This document shows, in pieces, positions 46,756-60,607 of a DNA stretch of 64,000 bases (within the stretch, counting starts at the first letter, position 1; every line of letters starts with the position of its first letter). Source of the stretch: Octopus sinensis. Lineage: Eukaryota. The notes beneath the pieces were generated by a model that searched no databases, had not been told where the DNA came from, and worked only from the letters and a program-made list of their open reading frames with translations. The stretch covers positions 144,088,001-144,152,000 of the forward strand of contig NC_042999.1 of assembly GCF_006345805.1 (NCBI RefSeq), in the 5' to 3' direction. A program made the position numbers and the translations under genes.

Positions 46756-48185
46756 TGACAGACAAACAAACAAACAGACTGATATTATAATACAAAATGT
46801 ATGAGGCAAAACATCATACACGTATGAAAAATTTATGTTTCTCAAGTCTTTTGACAGATTTATCTGATTTCCACAATGAATAATGATTTCGCTTTCTGAC
46901 TAACATGAAATAGTGATAATATCTATTATCGGTACTGTTAAACTAAAAGGAAACTATTAGGAAAACTGAGCCCCAAAATATTCAAACTCAGAGCGCGGGG
47001 AAACGAATCTGATCTAATTACAACAACTGAGCCATTTTTGCCACATTGCAGTTTGCTTTCCTTTTATTATCGAAAAATCTGAGTCGGATTTGTTTCTCCT
47101 TTTAACCATGTGACGTCACTCTTTTTGATTTATATCTTTTAATAAATCAAAGATCCGACATGTTCAAATATAGTAGATGCCAGTTGTATGTAGGATACTG
47201 ATTTAAGTTTCAGTGGGCAATCAATAGAACATAATACATCAAAGAGGGAAACAAATAACTGGCGGAAATGAACTATGCCAAAATAACTTTAAAAGAAAAG
47301 TTTCTGTGTTAAAAATGAATGAATATCATTATTTGAAACTATTGAATTGTAATTCTATCATGTCGATTACCTGAACTTTGATGTAGGAAGAGTCGCTTTA
47401 GAAATGAATTACTTTCATTCTTTTCAACAATTTTTCATGGAAACTATTAATCCTTTTTTACTGGGTGATTTTTCCCCCTAATATTACGAGGTTGTGTGTC
47501 GCATCTAAGCAAACCTGTGATAAAAAGCATTCCATCCGCGACCATTCCTTATTTGTAGAGGTACCTATAAATACACTATGTTATATGTCGTTCCTTGTTT
47601 AAGATAGTGTTGAGTGATTGGAAGATATTCGGTTGATATTTCTAACTGTTCAAGAAACCACGTATAGGTTCTCTGTTTAGCTCGATATTATGAAATAGAG
47701 AAGAATCATAGGTGACCAGGCTAAATGAATTACAAAACAGACTACCCTCTGTATTCTAACTGCAAATCATCTTGGTTCCACTTCGCCCTTCGTCTTGAAT
47801 CTGTTTATAAAATAATCACTAATGTTTTATTGATATACAAGCAATCTGTTACCTGTTTCCATACAGTCTTAATATAAACATCAACAATTCTTTAACCCAC
47901 ACAAATCCTGAATTCAGTGAGCTGATCATATGTTGACGGATACTTCTTATCAGGAAAGCTCGGTTATGGTAAAAGTTAGTAACGCCCTTTGACTTTTTTA
48001 TATAAGTGTTTTTTAAACAAATATTTTACATACTATTATTTATAATTCCACAGTTAAAACGATATATATACGTGTGTGTGTATGTGTGTGAGGATGTATG
48101 TATATGTATGTTTGTATATACGTATATATGCCTGTATGTGTGTGTGCGCATACACATTCATGTAATTTACCGACATTTTTCACAG

Positions 48186-48353
48186 GTTGCCTTCGGATTT
48201 GGCTACTATCATTTACACCGTCGGTATAAGACAAGGTAATGCCCGCGAATGGGATTTCACATGGAACCAAACTCGCCACACAAATGTGGCCGCTGAAAAG
48301 CACATGTTATTAGAAGCTTTGGCACAAACAGAGGTACCGTGGTTATTCTGGAG
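48186..48353 (+). CDS. M1 aminopeptidase exon 8 (168 nt)
   Basis: tttttcacag acceptor; (Q)LPSDLATIIYTVGIRQGNAREWDFTWNQTRHTNVAAEKHMLLEALAQTEVPWLFW(R); gtaag donor, phase 2. Confidence 0.94.
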
Positions 48354-49218
48354 GTAAGCAGCACCTGTTTCATCTACCAGATTCGTATATTTTTTTTCTC
48401 TTTTTTAGCTACCAGGAGCACGTTTCTTGTAAAATAATTTCGGCGTATTCTTGTCATAAAGGATTACTCGTATGTTGGTTCTCTGTGGTATGACACGCTG
48501 CCCCATTTAACACCTGCACACTGGTTCTTGAATGCCTTTCTCGGAGTACACTCTATTGCAAGTTTCTGACTTGAATGTTTCTGACCCGATCAAAAGAAAA
48601 AAAAACACAGATACACTAATCTTTGGTTGCCTTTATCGGCCTATCGGAGACATGCTAATCAAACCCACGTTATATTTTGCAGACGTTGATCTACAGATGT
48701 TCATTCTGGGCAATAACCATATCAATGTCAACAATTTGGAACGGCCTGCAACGCTCATGATCATAGACCATCTTCTTTTGACTTAGTAATTCTGAAAAAA
48801 TATGAATATCGAATACTAAGAAAGTATAAATATTGAAAACAAAATGTTTAACATCACATCATAACTACTTTCATTTTGAAATCGGCAAAATCTATATATG
48901 TTTGCTGATCACCAAGACAATAGTTCTATTGTGTTTGTTTAAATGTGTGCGTTGTATGCAAGTATGTTAAAAACAATGCTTATATCCTAATTGTATAGGT
49001 GTTTTATTTCATAATTCAAGAGAGTGTGGCAATTCTTAGTCTTTACAGATCTTTTCAGTTTGGTGAAATCGATACTAAGTCGATAATTAATAGATTGACT
49101 TTATTTATGAAATAATACGCTTTCGTTACAATCTCCTTCAGAAGCCTGTTATAGAAAAATGGATTGAAAGTACTATTAGAGTAAAATATGTGCATGCAGA
49201 TATTCACTTGTGTGTGTA

Positions 49219-49300
<82 letters not shown>

Positions 49301-49416
49301 GAAAATTTGCAATATCGTCTACTGTAAACCGTATAGCTGTGCTAACCACGACACTAAAACCGACATTACAACTCTTGACCATCTAGCTCAGTTGACGAGC
49401 TAATTAGCTACGATGA

Positions 49417-49479
<63 letters not shown>

Positions 49480-49482
<3 letters not shown>

Positions 49483-50112
49483 CCATATATTAGAATTGGT
49501 TCGACTGTGGCTTTGAAGATTTTAAGTTTGAAATCTCTACTTACATTTGATGACATGATCTTATGCATATCATTACAGGCTGACCAGGTCATACCCTTTC
49601 TAGTTAGAAAGTCTTTTTCAGATGATGATATGTATGACCCAAGATATTTGTAATCAGAAACCATATTTAAGAGCGTATTGTTGAGAGTATGGATGATGAA
49701 ATCACTGTTGGACAGGCACTTGTTCACATATTCAGTATTGGACGTTATCAAAGAAGCTCGAGAGGCGGTTGGATGGAACTTACACTCGCCTTCTTATGAG
49801 AGCTCAATATCTCTCGTGGAAGCGTCATCCAACCAAAGTACAAATATATGGGAAATTACCACCTGTATCATCTCTTGTGAAAGGTAGAAGAGTCCAGTTT
49901 TCTGGACATTGTTGTAGAGCTGAAAACGAGGTATTTTCTACTCTTCTCCTCTGGAAACCATCTGCTCGCGATACCAGAGGACGCACACTTTCCTACCCTG
50001 ATGTAATCTCCAGGGATACAGGTATCCAGCAACAGGACCTCCGTAATGCTATGATGGACCGTGAGGTCTGGCGTAACATAGTAAATTCCATTGTCTCGAC
50101 CACGGTCGAACA

Positions 50113-50144
<32 letters not shown>
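49480..50144. mobile_element. RTE-X-type LINE 3' fragment with 5' inversion and (TGA)n tail, inserted in (GT)n
   Basis: Minus piece 49480-49740: NTEYVN...DYKYLGSYISSSEKDFLTRKG...ATVEPILIYGS. Plus piece from 49739: WTLSKKLERRLDGTYTRLL...DREVWRNIVNSIVSTTVEQ*, then (tga)n. Confidence 0.88.
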
Positions 50145-50176
<32 letters not shown>

Positions 50177-50321
50177 ACGTACAAATTGTGCTCTATGTAT
50201 CTCTTGAATGTGAATACCGTATCTAAAAAGTTTGTTTGTGCGCACGCGCATATACTTGTCCTTGAACGTTAACATGTGTACCTAAATTCTGCCTCAAATC
50301 TACCCATTTCCTTATCTTCAG

Positions 50322-50462
50322 ATATATCAATTGGGTCTTTGAGAGCAGCAAAGTAAGACAACAAGATGTCCGTCTTATTTTTAATTACTTCACCAAAAAC
50401 AGTCTCGGAAGAATCATAACACTTCAATTCATTCTAAGCAAATGGCAACAGATTCTATCATC
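50322..50462 (+). CDS. M1 aminopeptidase exon 9 (141 nt)
   Basis: atcttcag acceptor; (R)YINWVFESSKVRQQDVRLIFNYFTKNSLGRIITLQFILSKWQQILS(S); gtaag donor, phase 2. Confidence 0.93.
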
Positions 50463-50478
50463 GTAAGTACTACATTTT

Positions 50479-50521
<43 letters not shown>

Positions 50522-50528
50522 ACAAGTA

Positions 50529-51076
50529 CGAAGGGGAGTAAAAAAATAATGCCATTTCGTTTAGGACAGGTATAATTATCAACACAGGAACATGTATCAT
50601 GCATCAAAATGAAGCTGGTCCTCTGTGGATCACATCCCTACTTCTCAATATAGTCATTATTTCTCTCAATAGCAACGTTCCACCTTCGAATGAGAGCATG
50701 TATCCCTGTCCCGTAAAATTCTGTTGACTGTTCTTGAGCCACTTCTTCTCTACAGTTTTCACTTCCTCTTCCCTGGAATAATGTTTGCCTCTCAAACCCT
50801 CTTTCATGGGGCCGAAGAGATGATAGTCCAGTGACGAGGAAGTGAAAACTGTAGTAAATAAGTGGGTCAAAGACCAGTCAACATAATTTTACGGGGCAGG
50901 GATACATGCTCTCATTCGCAGGTGGAACATTGTTATTGAGAGAAACGGTGACTATGTTAAGAAGTAGGGATGTGTTCCACAGAGGACCAGCTTCATTTTG
51001 ATGTATGATACATGTTCCTGTGTTGGTAATTATACCTGTCCTAAGCAAAATGGCATTACTTTTTGACTCACCCTCG
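50529..51076. mobile_element. Mariner-derived fold-back MITE built from two transposase 3' ends
   Basis: TA|CGAAGGGGAGTAAAAAAATAATGCCATTT pairs with AAATGGCATTACTTTTTGACTCACCCTCG. The arms 50529-50829 and 50829-51076 both encode the DYHLFGPMKEGLRG/EEVKTV...WL C-terminal region. Confidence 0.82.
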
Positions 51077-51459
51077 TGCATACAGTCTTTCACACACACA
51101 TACGTACACATTCACACGCGCACGCATACATGCTCACTGCATATGTACATGCAATTAAAGACAACTTTATGCATTCGCTCACGTATATTATGTGCATATA
51201 AGCCGATATATACACATGTACACATACGTAAATGCACACACGCGTGAAGACACAACCGCACTCTGAATATAAGTAAAAGGACAGGTGAATCAATGAGTCG
51301 AAAAAATTTGTTTTTATTTATTAAGCAAAACAAGTCTCAAAAGGACCAGTCCATGTAGATGCTAATGGACAAGTCGAATATATTTTGACAGTGTTTTATA
51401 AGCAAATTCAGAAGAGCATAATTATTATCGTTTTCTTTTCTTTCTTTCCTTTTGTGCAG

Positions 51460-51541
51460 CCCATTCATGGAATCATTCTCCTCAAAAGACATCATTTCCA
51501 GTGTAACTACATACGTCAACAACCAGTATCAGATGGAACAG
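51460..51541 (+). CDS. M1 aminopeptidase exon 10 (82 nt)
   Basis: tttgtgcag acceptor; (S)PFMESFSSKDIISSVTTYVNNQYQMEQ; gtgag donor, phase 0. Confidence 0.92.
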
Positions 51542-52253
51542 GTGAGTAATGGTCACTTATACATACACAAATCCACACATACATACAAACATAGAAACAA
51601 CGCCAGCGTACACACATACGCACATAATAAAGTACATCAAAATACACTAGAACACAAACAAATCTCTACACAAATGCATACAATGCAATATAAAACACAC
51701 ACACACACACACATGCACACACACAGCGGGATCATTGTTTCTATCGTGGTCGTTGTTGAAGGGTGTTTGTTTCAGAAAATATATCAAAACCTTTTGTTTA
51801 ATGTCAATATCAAAAGAGGAATTGCAGCGACACTAGCAATTTTCGGGATCTCTAAGACTGATGGAAAGAAAGGATGGAATTATTTTTAAACACCGGACCT
51901 TGTATGTATGTATGTATGTATGTATGTATGTATGTGTGTATGTATGTATATGTATGCATATACTTGTTTAGTCACACAATATACAATGTTCTAAATCATG
52001 CGGTTACTTACAAATATTCGATTAGCGAAACCCAACAGCTTTACTCATGAAGATTATCAACAATAGAATTGCATTGTTCAAGAACTTTTATACCCAGTAA
52101 GTCTTTACTACCTCGCTGTAAATAAGTCATAGAGAGTAGATACAACTCAATATTGAAGAAAATTAAAATAGCTTGCTTTTGTTTTTGACTTTTGCTTCTT
52201 TTGGGTGGGGTTATAAAAATTAAGTGGTATACCTCTTACATTTGTTGAGTGCA

Positions 52254-52460
52254 GTGAGCTGGCAGAATCGTTAGCACGCCGGACAAAATGCTTAGCGACA
52301 TTTCATCCGCTTTCATGTTCTGAGTTCAAATTCCACCGAGGTGGACTTTGCCTTTCATCCTTTCAGGGTCGATAAAATAAGTAGCTGTTGGGCACTAGGA
52401 TCGATGTAATCCATTTATCTCCTCTCCGGCATTGCTAGCCTTATGCCAAAATTTGAAATC
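52254..52460 (+). mobile_element. Near-full Nin-domain-type SINE
   Basis: gtgagctggcagaatcgttagcacgccggacaaaatgcttagc...gcctttcatcctttcagggtcgataaaataag...ccttatgccaaaatttgaaa. Further copies lie at about 44755-44935 and 62605-62790. Confidence 0.75.
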
Positions 52461-53323
52461 AATATTTCTTACTTTTATTTAAGACTTGCTCTTAGACAAT
52501 ACATGATAATAGCGTCTTCAAGAGTATGCATTTAACCATAATGTAATCACTACTAAAGAAAGTCACTATGTTTAAACAAAAACTAAAATTAATTAGATGA
52601 AGGTACTGTTTAAGGAAAACATAATTAATTAACTGAAGCTACTATTCACAAATTTCGACTAATTAAATGAAGTCACTATTTTGAAAATAGAACTAATTAA
52701 ATTAATTCATTCTTAAAAACTAAAATTAAATAAAATTGCTTTCTAAAATAAGATAAACATAACCAAAGAAGAAATAAAAATGGTTGAAAAGAAAGGGTAG
52801 AGCTCAACTAATTTAGTTTACAGTCGATTCGTATTTTGTCACCGTTATGGCATTATTTCCATGATCAAGACATTTAAATTCTTTCAACAGCTGAATCTTC
52901 CTAGATTCAAAATACACAATAATGCGGCGTGGTATGAGTTTTCCGTGAAATTAATTAGTAGTTCTTTGGCTAACTGAAAATTCTCCAGTCAGAGATGTTG
53001 TCTGCGAGAGACTGGCGTTCTACCAAGAGAGATCTGTTTCTCATCCGCTTAACATCAGAAAAGCCAGAGATATGCAACGGCACAGTGAAATTCAAATGCT
53101 TGTGGTGTTGCGGAGAATGGTGGGAAGAGAGGCAGAAAGTGAGAGAGAGAGAGAAGGGGAGAGAGAGGGAGAGAGAAAGTGAGGTAAATAGAGAGACTAA
53201 GAGAGGAGAGTAAGAGAGAAAGACATTCATATTTAGAATATGAAAATATTTGCAACAAAACATTTTGTTTCTGTTTTTCTTATTGTTTGTGATGTGCTTT
53301 ATTTAAAATTGTCATTGTTTTAG

Positions 53324-53397
53324 TTGACAGAGTTGTTCCACAAAAGTCCAGCAATGGATGCTAAAATTACTGTAAACAATGCTCTTGAAATCATGAG
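53324..53397 (+). CDS. M1 aminopeptidase exon 11
   Basis: gttttag acceptor; LTELFHKSPAMDAKITVNNALEIM(R); gtacg donor, phase 2. Confidence 0.88.
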
Positions 53398-53442
53398 GTA
53401 CGTTTATCTTTCTTTTCATTGACTTGACTTACTTCAACACGC

Positions 53443-53473
<31 letters not shown>

Positions 53474-53564
53474 TGTATGTATGTATGTATGTATGTATGT
53501 ATGTATGTAGTATGTATGTATGTATGTATGTATGTATGTATGCATGTATGTAACAGCACCAGTA

Positions 53565-54237
53565 ACAGTTAAGCTTCGTGCAATGGCCATACTCGATAAC
53601 GCGGGGGCAGCCATAATTATATGTATGGATGGATGGATGGATGGATGGATGGTCACTTTCGAGTACTACTGGTAACATGTAACCCAGTACAACCTGTTGC
53701 ATGGTCGGGTCGTCGGCGACTAAACCGGCAACCCACCAAGCTTGCTTGGTGAGGAGGGTGTTTATTAGACACCCTGCGGGATGAAAAACAAAGCCCATCA
53801 AAGGGCGGAGGAACTCTTGAGTGTCAACGGCCATCCAATAAATGTCTTAGGGCTGTATCATGCACGCAGACATAGAAATAATCGGACTGAATACCCGATC
53901 GCGCGGTTAAACCATTGGGAGTGAAGGACTCCTAACCTTTGTTAGGGCATCCTTCTAGGAGAAGGTAACTCAGGTAACTGGGATAACTCCGACATAAAAC
54001 CTGCGGCTCAGTGGTTACCGATGATGTTGACTTGTTCTTCTTTTCGGATTATGGCTGCTATTGCTTAGTGAGTGAGATTGACTCAGTGCACAGCCTTTCC
54101 TCACTTTAAAATAAACTCTTCTTGCACAGGCATTGCACGATAACAACATTGATTAAGCTTCGCGCAATGGCCATACTCGATAACGAGGGGGCAGCCACCA
54201 TGTATGGATGGATGGATGGATGGATGGATGGATGGAT
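53565..54237 (+). mobile_element. Short RTE-like non-autonomous element, preceded by a second copy of its own 3' end; both end in (GATG)n
   Basis: ttaagcttcg(t/c)gcaatggccatactcgataacg(c/a)gggggcagcca followed by (gatg)n at about 53566-53650 and 54153-54237. The interior has ttagggcatccttctaggagaaggtaactc, reminiscent of RTE 5' UTRs. Confidence 0.5.
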
Positions 54238-54456
54238 GTTAGAATTCTCCCCAATTGGAAGAAGCTGGTGTCTAATTAATAAAAAGCTCTATCTCTGCGA
54301 TTTGGATAATACAAAACGTTCTGAAATATTCTACGGATTATTTGCAGTTCTGAATAGGAACACAGGATTATCCAACGAGTGAAGTTACCAGTTCCTAGTA
54401 TTTGTTTCTATGCTTGAGTACTATATAAGGACCCCTGTGGATAGGCAGCATCTAAC

Positions 54457-54546
<90 letters not shown>

Positions 54547-54551
<5 letters not shown>

Positions 54552-57508
54552 TTAGATAAAACTTAGATATGTTTCGACCAGAGATTAGTCCAGGCCATGT
54601 CTAACTTAATAGCACCACCTGATAGGATTATTCGAATCCTGTTTAAGTCAAGTTTTGTTCAAGTAGTGAGTTCTTGTTGGGTGAGTTGTATCCAGTTTTG
54701 TTCAAGTAGTGAGTTCTTGTTGGGCGAGTTGTATCCAATTATGGGTGGCTTATCTGGTATTCTTTGAAGGAATCTATCCAGACTCTGTTTAAAGTTGATG
54801 GGATCCTTTTCCTCTTTGATCTCCCTCGGGACAATGTTAAATAGGGCAGGGCCTGTTGAGGAAAAGAAATTATGTTGCAGTGTACATGTATGTTGTGATC
54901 TTGAATTTGGCAGGGGACGTATAGCCCGTGGTCCAAGTCTTGGATGGACCTTGAAGCTAATGTTTAGGTCGTTTGGGCAAAGTTGGCGGTATATTTTTCA
55001 CATCGTACAAATGATGTACCGCTCACGGCGTCGCTGGAGGGAGTAAAGTTTCAAGGTTTTAAGGCGATCCCAATAATCGAGAGCAGCCATGCCTTCAATT
55101 TGTTTAGTGAGAGCCCTCTGGGGTGACTCAATTCTGGAGATGTTTTGTCTTGTGTGAGGAGACCACAGTGGGCAGCAGTATTCAAGGTGTGGCCGTACAA
55201 AGGAGGAAAAAAGTGGTATGATGACACCTTGTTCTCTGGACCGGAAAGTTCTTAAGATCCAGGAACTCATCCTACGAGCTATATCAACCTTCTTGTTGAT
55301 GTGTGCACTCCAACTGAGATCGTCATCAACAATTACACCCAGGTCTCTGATATTGTTAGAGGCTGTGAGCGGTTCCCCTGAAGGAAGAGAGTATGGTTGT
55401 TTTAGTGAGGAATTTCTTCCAAAATGCATCAGCTCAAATTTTCCCTCATTCAGTTGCATTTTGTTTCTGTCTGCCCATTGACTCACAGCATATAGATCAG
55501 ACTGGAGTTGAGTTCGGTCTGCTTCTTCATTGACGATTTGCTGGAGCTTAGTGTCATCAGCGAATATTTTCACTTTGCAGTGATGTACGACACTGGAAAG
55601 GTCGTTTACGTAAATTATGAAGAGTAGCGGACCCAAAACAGTTCCCTGGGGAACACCGCTGGTGACTTTTGCTGGGTTTGAGTGGACTCCATCAACTACA
55701 ACATGTTGCGTTCTATTCGCCAGGAAATACTTAATCCAGTGTAGAACTTTTCCACGGATTCCAACATTTGCCAATTTCGAGAGTAGGATGTTATGGTCTA
55801 CCCTGTCGAACGCTTTACTGAAGTCAAGATATATGACGTCAGAGTTCGAACCTGTTCCCAAGGCTTTGAGTACATCTTCAATGTGGTGTAAGAGCTGTGT
55901 TAGACAGTCCCTGCCACAGCGAAAGCCATGCTGATTTGAATTTAGGAGTTTGTGGGTCTCCAGGAAGTCAGCTATCCTTGATCTTAACACTCTTTCAAAC
56001 ACTTTAATGATGTGGGAGGTGAGTGAGATTGGGCGATAGTTGACTGCGAGGGATCTGTTTCCCTGTTTGAAAACCGGGATGACCGACTGGGATAGAAACT
56101 TTTTCGGTATATAACCTGCGTCTAACGAGTTTCTCCAGAGGTTGGTCAGAGGGACTGCAAGTTGATATCTACATTCCTTCAGGAGACTAGCGGGAAATCT
56201 ATCAGGGCCTACAGCAGAGTAATGTTTGACCTCATTTATTGCTGCTACGATGTCGGTGGCAGTGAAGGTTATGTCTGCGATTTTGTGTTGGGAGTCAACT
56301 TCGTTCGTTTCCTTCACGTCAATATCAGTGGGAACACTGAAGACAGAGCAGTATTGTTTCTGCAGTATTTCTGCCATTTCTTTAGCATCGTGTTGGGGAA
56401 AGCCGTTATCATCAATCAATGGCCCAATGGGTGAGACAGTGGTTCTATGCTTATTTGCATAAGAATAGAACACTTTTGGGTTCTGTTTGATGTTTTTGAT
56501 TACCCATTGTTCCTCCACAGCTCTTTGATTTTCAATGGAGGTTTTCATGTTAGTCTGCAGATGAAATTTTTCCAGCTCTAGTCTTTTCATTGTTGTTGGA
56601 TGTGGATGTTGTGTGTGGGAATATTTTAATTGGTTGATTTTTTTGTTGAGTCTTTTGATGCGCCTGATGAGTGTTTTTTTCTTTTTAGGGAGCCGGTTTC
56701 TGTTTGTGTTAGTAGATTTCTTGGGAGCGTGTTTAGAGCATGTATAGGTGACAATGGTTTGAAAGTGCTGCCACGCGGTCTCAATATGAGGGGAATTGAG
56801 AGTAAAAGACCAGTCGATGGAAGACAGATCCTTTCTGATTGTTCCCCAGTCCGCTTTGTGGAAGTTTATGTTGTCAAATGGGTGCCATGGAGTGGGATTG
56901 GCTGGTTTGGTTTTTATATGTCGGGAATTAAGATTGCAGAGTACCATGTCGTGGTCTGAGAGGAGAGTTTTTTCGACTGAAATGCTGTGAACGTAGCTAG
57001 AGTGATTGGTCAATACCAGATCCAAGATCGTTTTATTCTGTCTCGTTGGTTCAAACACTAGCTGAGTTAGGAAATACTCATCCATCAGATTAAAGAGCAG
57101 TTCTGCTGCTGCCCTATCTGATGTAGAGCACTTGCCTAACTTCGGAGTAGTTGTGGGCCAGTTCACATGAGGGAGGTTAAAATCACCCATCACTAGTATG
57201 TTACCGGAGTGGTACTTCCGAAGGAAAGACTTGACTTTGCTAAGGCACTCTTCAAAGTACTTTAGAGGTGCCTGGGGAGACCTGTAAAGACCAACAATGG
57301 TTATGTCCTTGGCTTTGTTGTATAGTGATACCGATTCACAGTAGCCATTGGAAAATGTGTCCTTGGCATCAAGTGAAAAGGAGTCATGGATAAAGATGGC
57401 TGTCCCTCCCTTATTTCGGTCTGTGCGATCCGCACGAACAACGGTGAAATCTTTTATTTTCACCTCTGCGATCCGCACGAACAATGGTGAAATCTTTTAT
57501 TTTCACCT
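54547..57508 (-). mobile_element. Young 5'-truncated CR1-clade LINE inserted in (TA)n
   Basis: APE endonuclease + RT ORF; 3' tail (atctaagtttt)2; (TA)n on both sides; 43-nt-period duplications near both ends. Confidence 0.92.
54659..57484 (-). CDS. CR1 ORF2 (APE + RT), N-terminally truncated, one in-frame TGA at 54998-55000
   Basis: GLYRSP, VMGDFNLP, LDLVLTN, SDH, GPDRF, YRPISLTS, QHGFR, DFSKAFDRV, GVPQGTVLGPLLF, FADD and LYSLQRRRERY. After the TGA the frame continues KIYRQLCPNDL...LDRFLQRIPDKP...NKNSLLEQ to a stop at 54659. Confidence 0.9.
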
Positions 57509-57840
57509 ATATATATATATATATATATTATTATTATTATTATTATTAAGATTCAGTTGAATTAGGTACTTAAGTTGAAGCACCAAGTCTGTCCAGTATT
57601 GTCCGCACAGCTCGAAGTTAGGTGAATATGCAATGTTTGCATTGACTGATTAAATAGAGCCGCTTAAAACGGACGTAATGCATTGATACCTAGACATCCT
57701 TTTAGTCATTTGCTTTATATATGTATACATGAAATTTTTACTATTAATATACATATTGATATATGTTCCCAAACGATCAATTTTATAGTTCCGGAATCTT
57801 AATCAATCTTTTCTCTTTTTTATTCACTTATTCTTGAAAG

Positions 57841-57925
57841 GTCTAACGTCAACTGGATGAAGAACAACAAAGATACCATTGACAAGTGGTTGCGTGAATA
57901 TGTTAAGAACTTGCCAACAACTTGA
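57841..57925 (+). CDS. M1 aminopeptidase terminal coding exon
   Basis: ttcttgaaag acceptor; (R)SNVNWMKNNKDTIDKWLREYVKNLPTT*, TGA at 57923-57925. It resembles the NIxW...I..W terminal helix of M1 peptidases. Confidence 0.93.
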
Positions 57926-57987
57926 TCTGTAACGAGCCATGTGGCACAGTTATTTCAAAGCAATTGGCCGCTGAAGAAACTTATCAA

Positions 57988-57993
57988 AATAAA
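57988..57993 (+). terminator. Candidate polyadenylation signal AATAAA
   Basis: First AATAAA, 63 nt after the stop. Such hexamers are common in AT-rich DNA, so this is unconfirmed. Confidence 0.3.
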
Positions 57994-58189
57994 TTAAGGC
58001 CACATGACACAAGCAACTTGCCAGAAGCTGCCAGGGACCAGCTTAATTATATTGTCTGCAATATTTATTTAAGCAAAAATATTTATTGGACTTAAAGAGA
58101 ATTATAAGGACAAACAAAAATATATGATAACAATAATATGAGAGTGAATACAATAACAACAATAATGGTGATGATACTGTTCATGATGA

Positions 58190-59590
<1,401 letters not shown>

Positions 59591-60475
59591 TAAAGTTATG
59601 AATGAATTTTTTTTCTACATTATTTACAAAGAATAAAAGTTTGTCAAAACCTTTATGCTTGACAATTATATTTTTCACTCTGCTATATTTCTACTTTTTT
59701 AGTATATTTCAATTTGGGGAGGAGGAAAGGGTGCAGCGGCTGCAGTTCTAGTGGTAATAGTAATGATGGTGATTTTGTTGCGGTTCCCTCTTCTCTGATT
59801 TCCTTAAGATGGTACGCCAGCATGGGCGCAGTCCAACGACTGAAGCCTTTAAAAGAATAAAAGAATAATCACAACCCACAGAGAATTATCTTAACAAACC
59901 TTAATAAGATTTTGTTTTCTTCTGAGATATCATGAATCTTGTATGTGGCCTCTCGACCCGCTAAATATAGCAGCCCACTCTCTTTCAATTTACATCACCT
60001 TGAAAACAAAGAAAAGACGCATTGGGATATGTACTGCAAGACACGTTGGTCACATCTTGAACATCTATGATCACAGTATGTCAGGTAACTCATGGATAAC
60101 CTAGGGATAAATAGCAGTAAATATGAGTATCAATGTTTATCTGGCGGGGTTGTGGAGAAGAGAGGTAAAAGCTAATATACAAAACAAAAAATGTCAAATA
60201 GGAATTAACATACTTCACGAATCAAGAAATATTAATTAATAAAAACAACACTCTTCCTGAGAAGATAAAAATAATCATTAGCTTAATGATTAATTCAGGT
60301 TAGAGGAAGCAACCCTTAAACTTACATTAACATAATTTTTTTTTTAATTTCTTTAGTAGTATAATGACAACTCAACATATGTTTCTTTCTTAGACCTTAT
60401 CGGCAAGTCACAGTCTTTCCATTACTTCCTAAAGTTTTACATATAGATAAGCATACAGACAGGCGGACAAGCAGG

Positions 60476-60566
<91 letters not shown>

Positions 60567-60567
60567 G

Positions 60568-60607
<40 letters not shown>

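Noticed and set aside
47111-47118. Perfect CRE palindrome TGACGTCA in intron 7
   Set aside because: About one such 8-mer is expected by chance in 64 kb; no supporting context.
48530-48790. 84-aa ORF with GCLYRP...ILGNNHIN just after exon 8
   Set aside because: Looks like a decayed LINE endonuclease fragment, not an alternative aminopeptidase exon; too degraded to classify.
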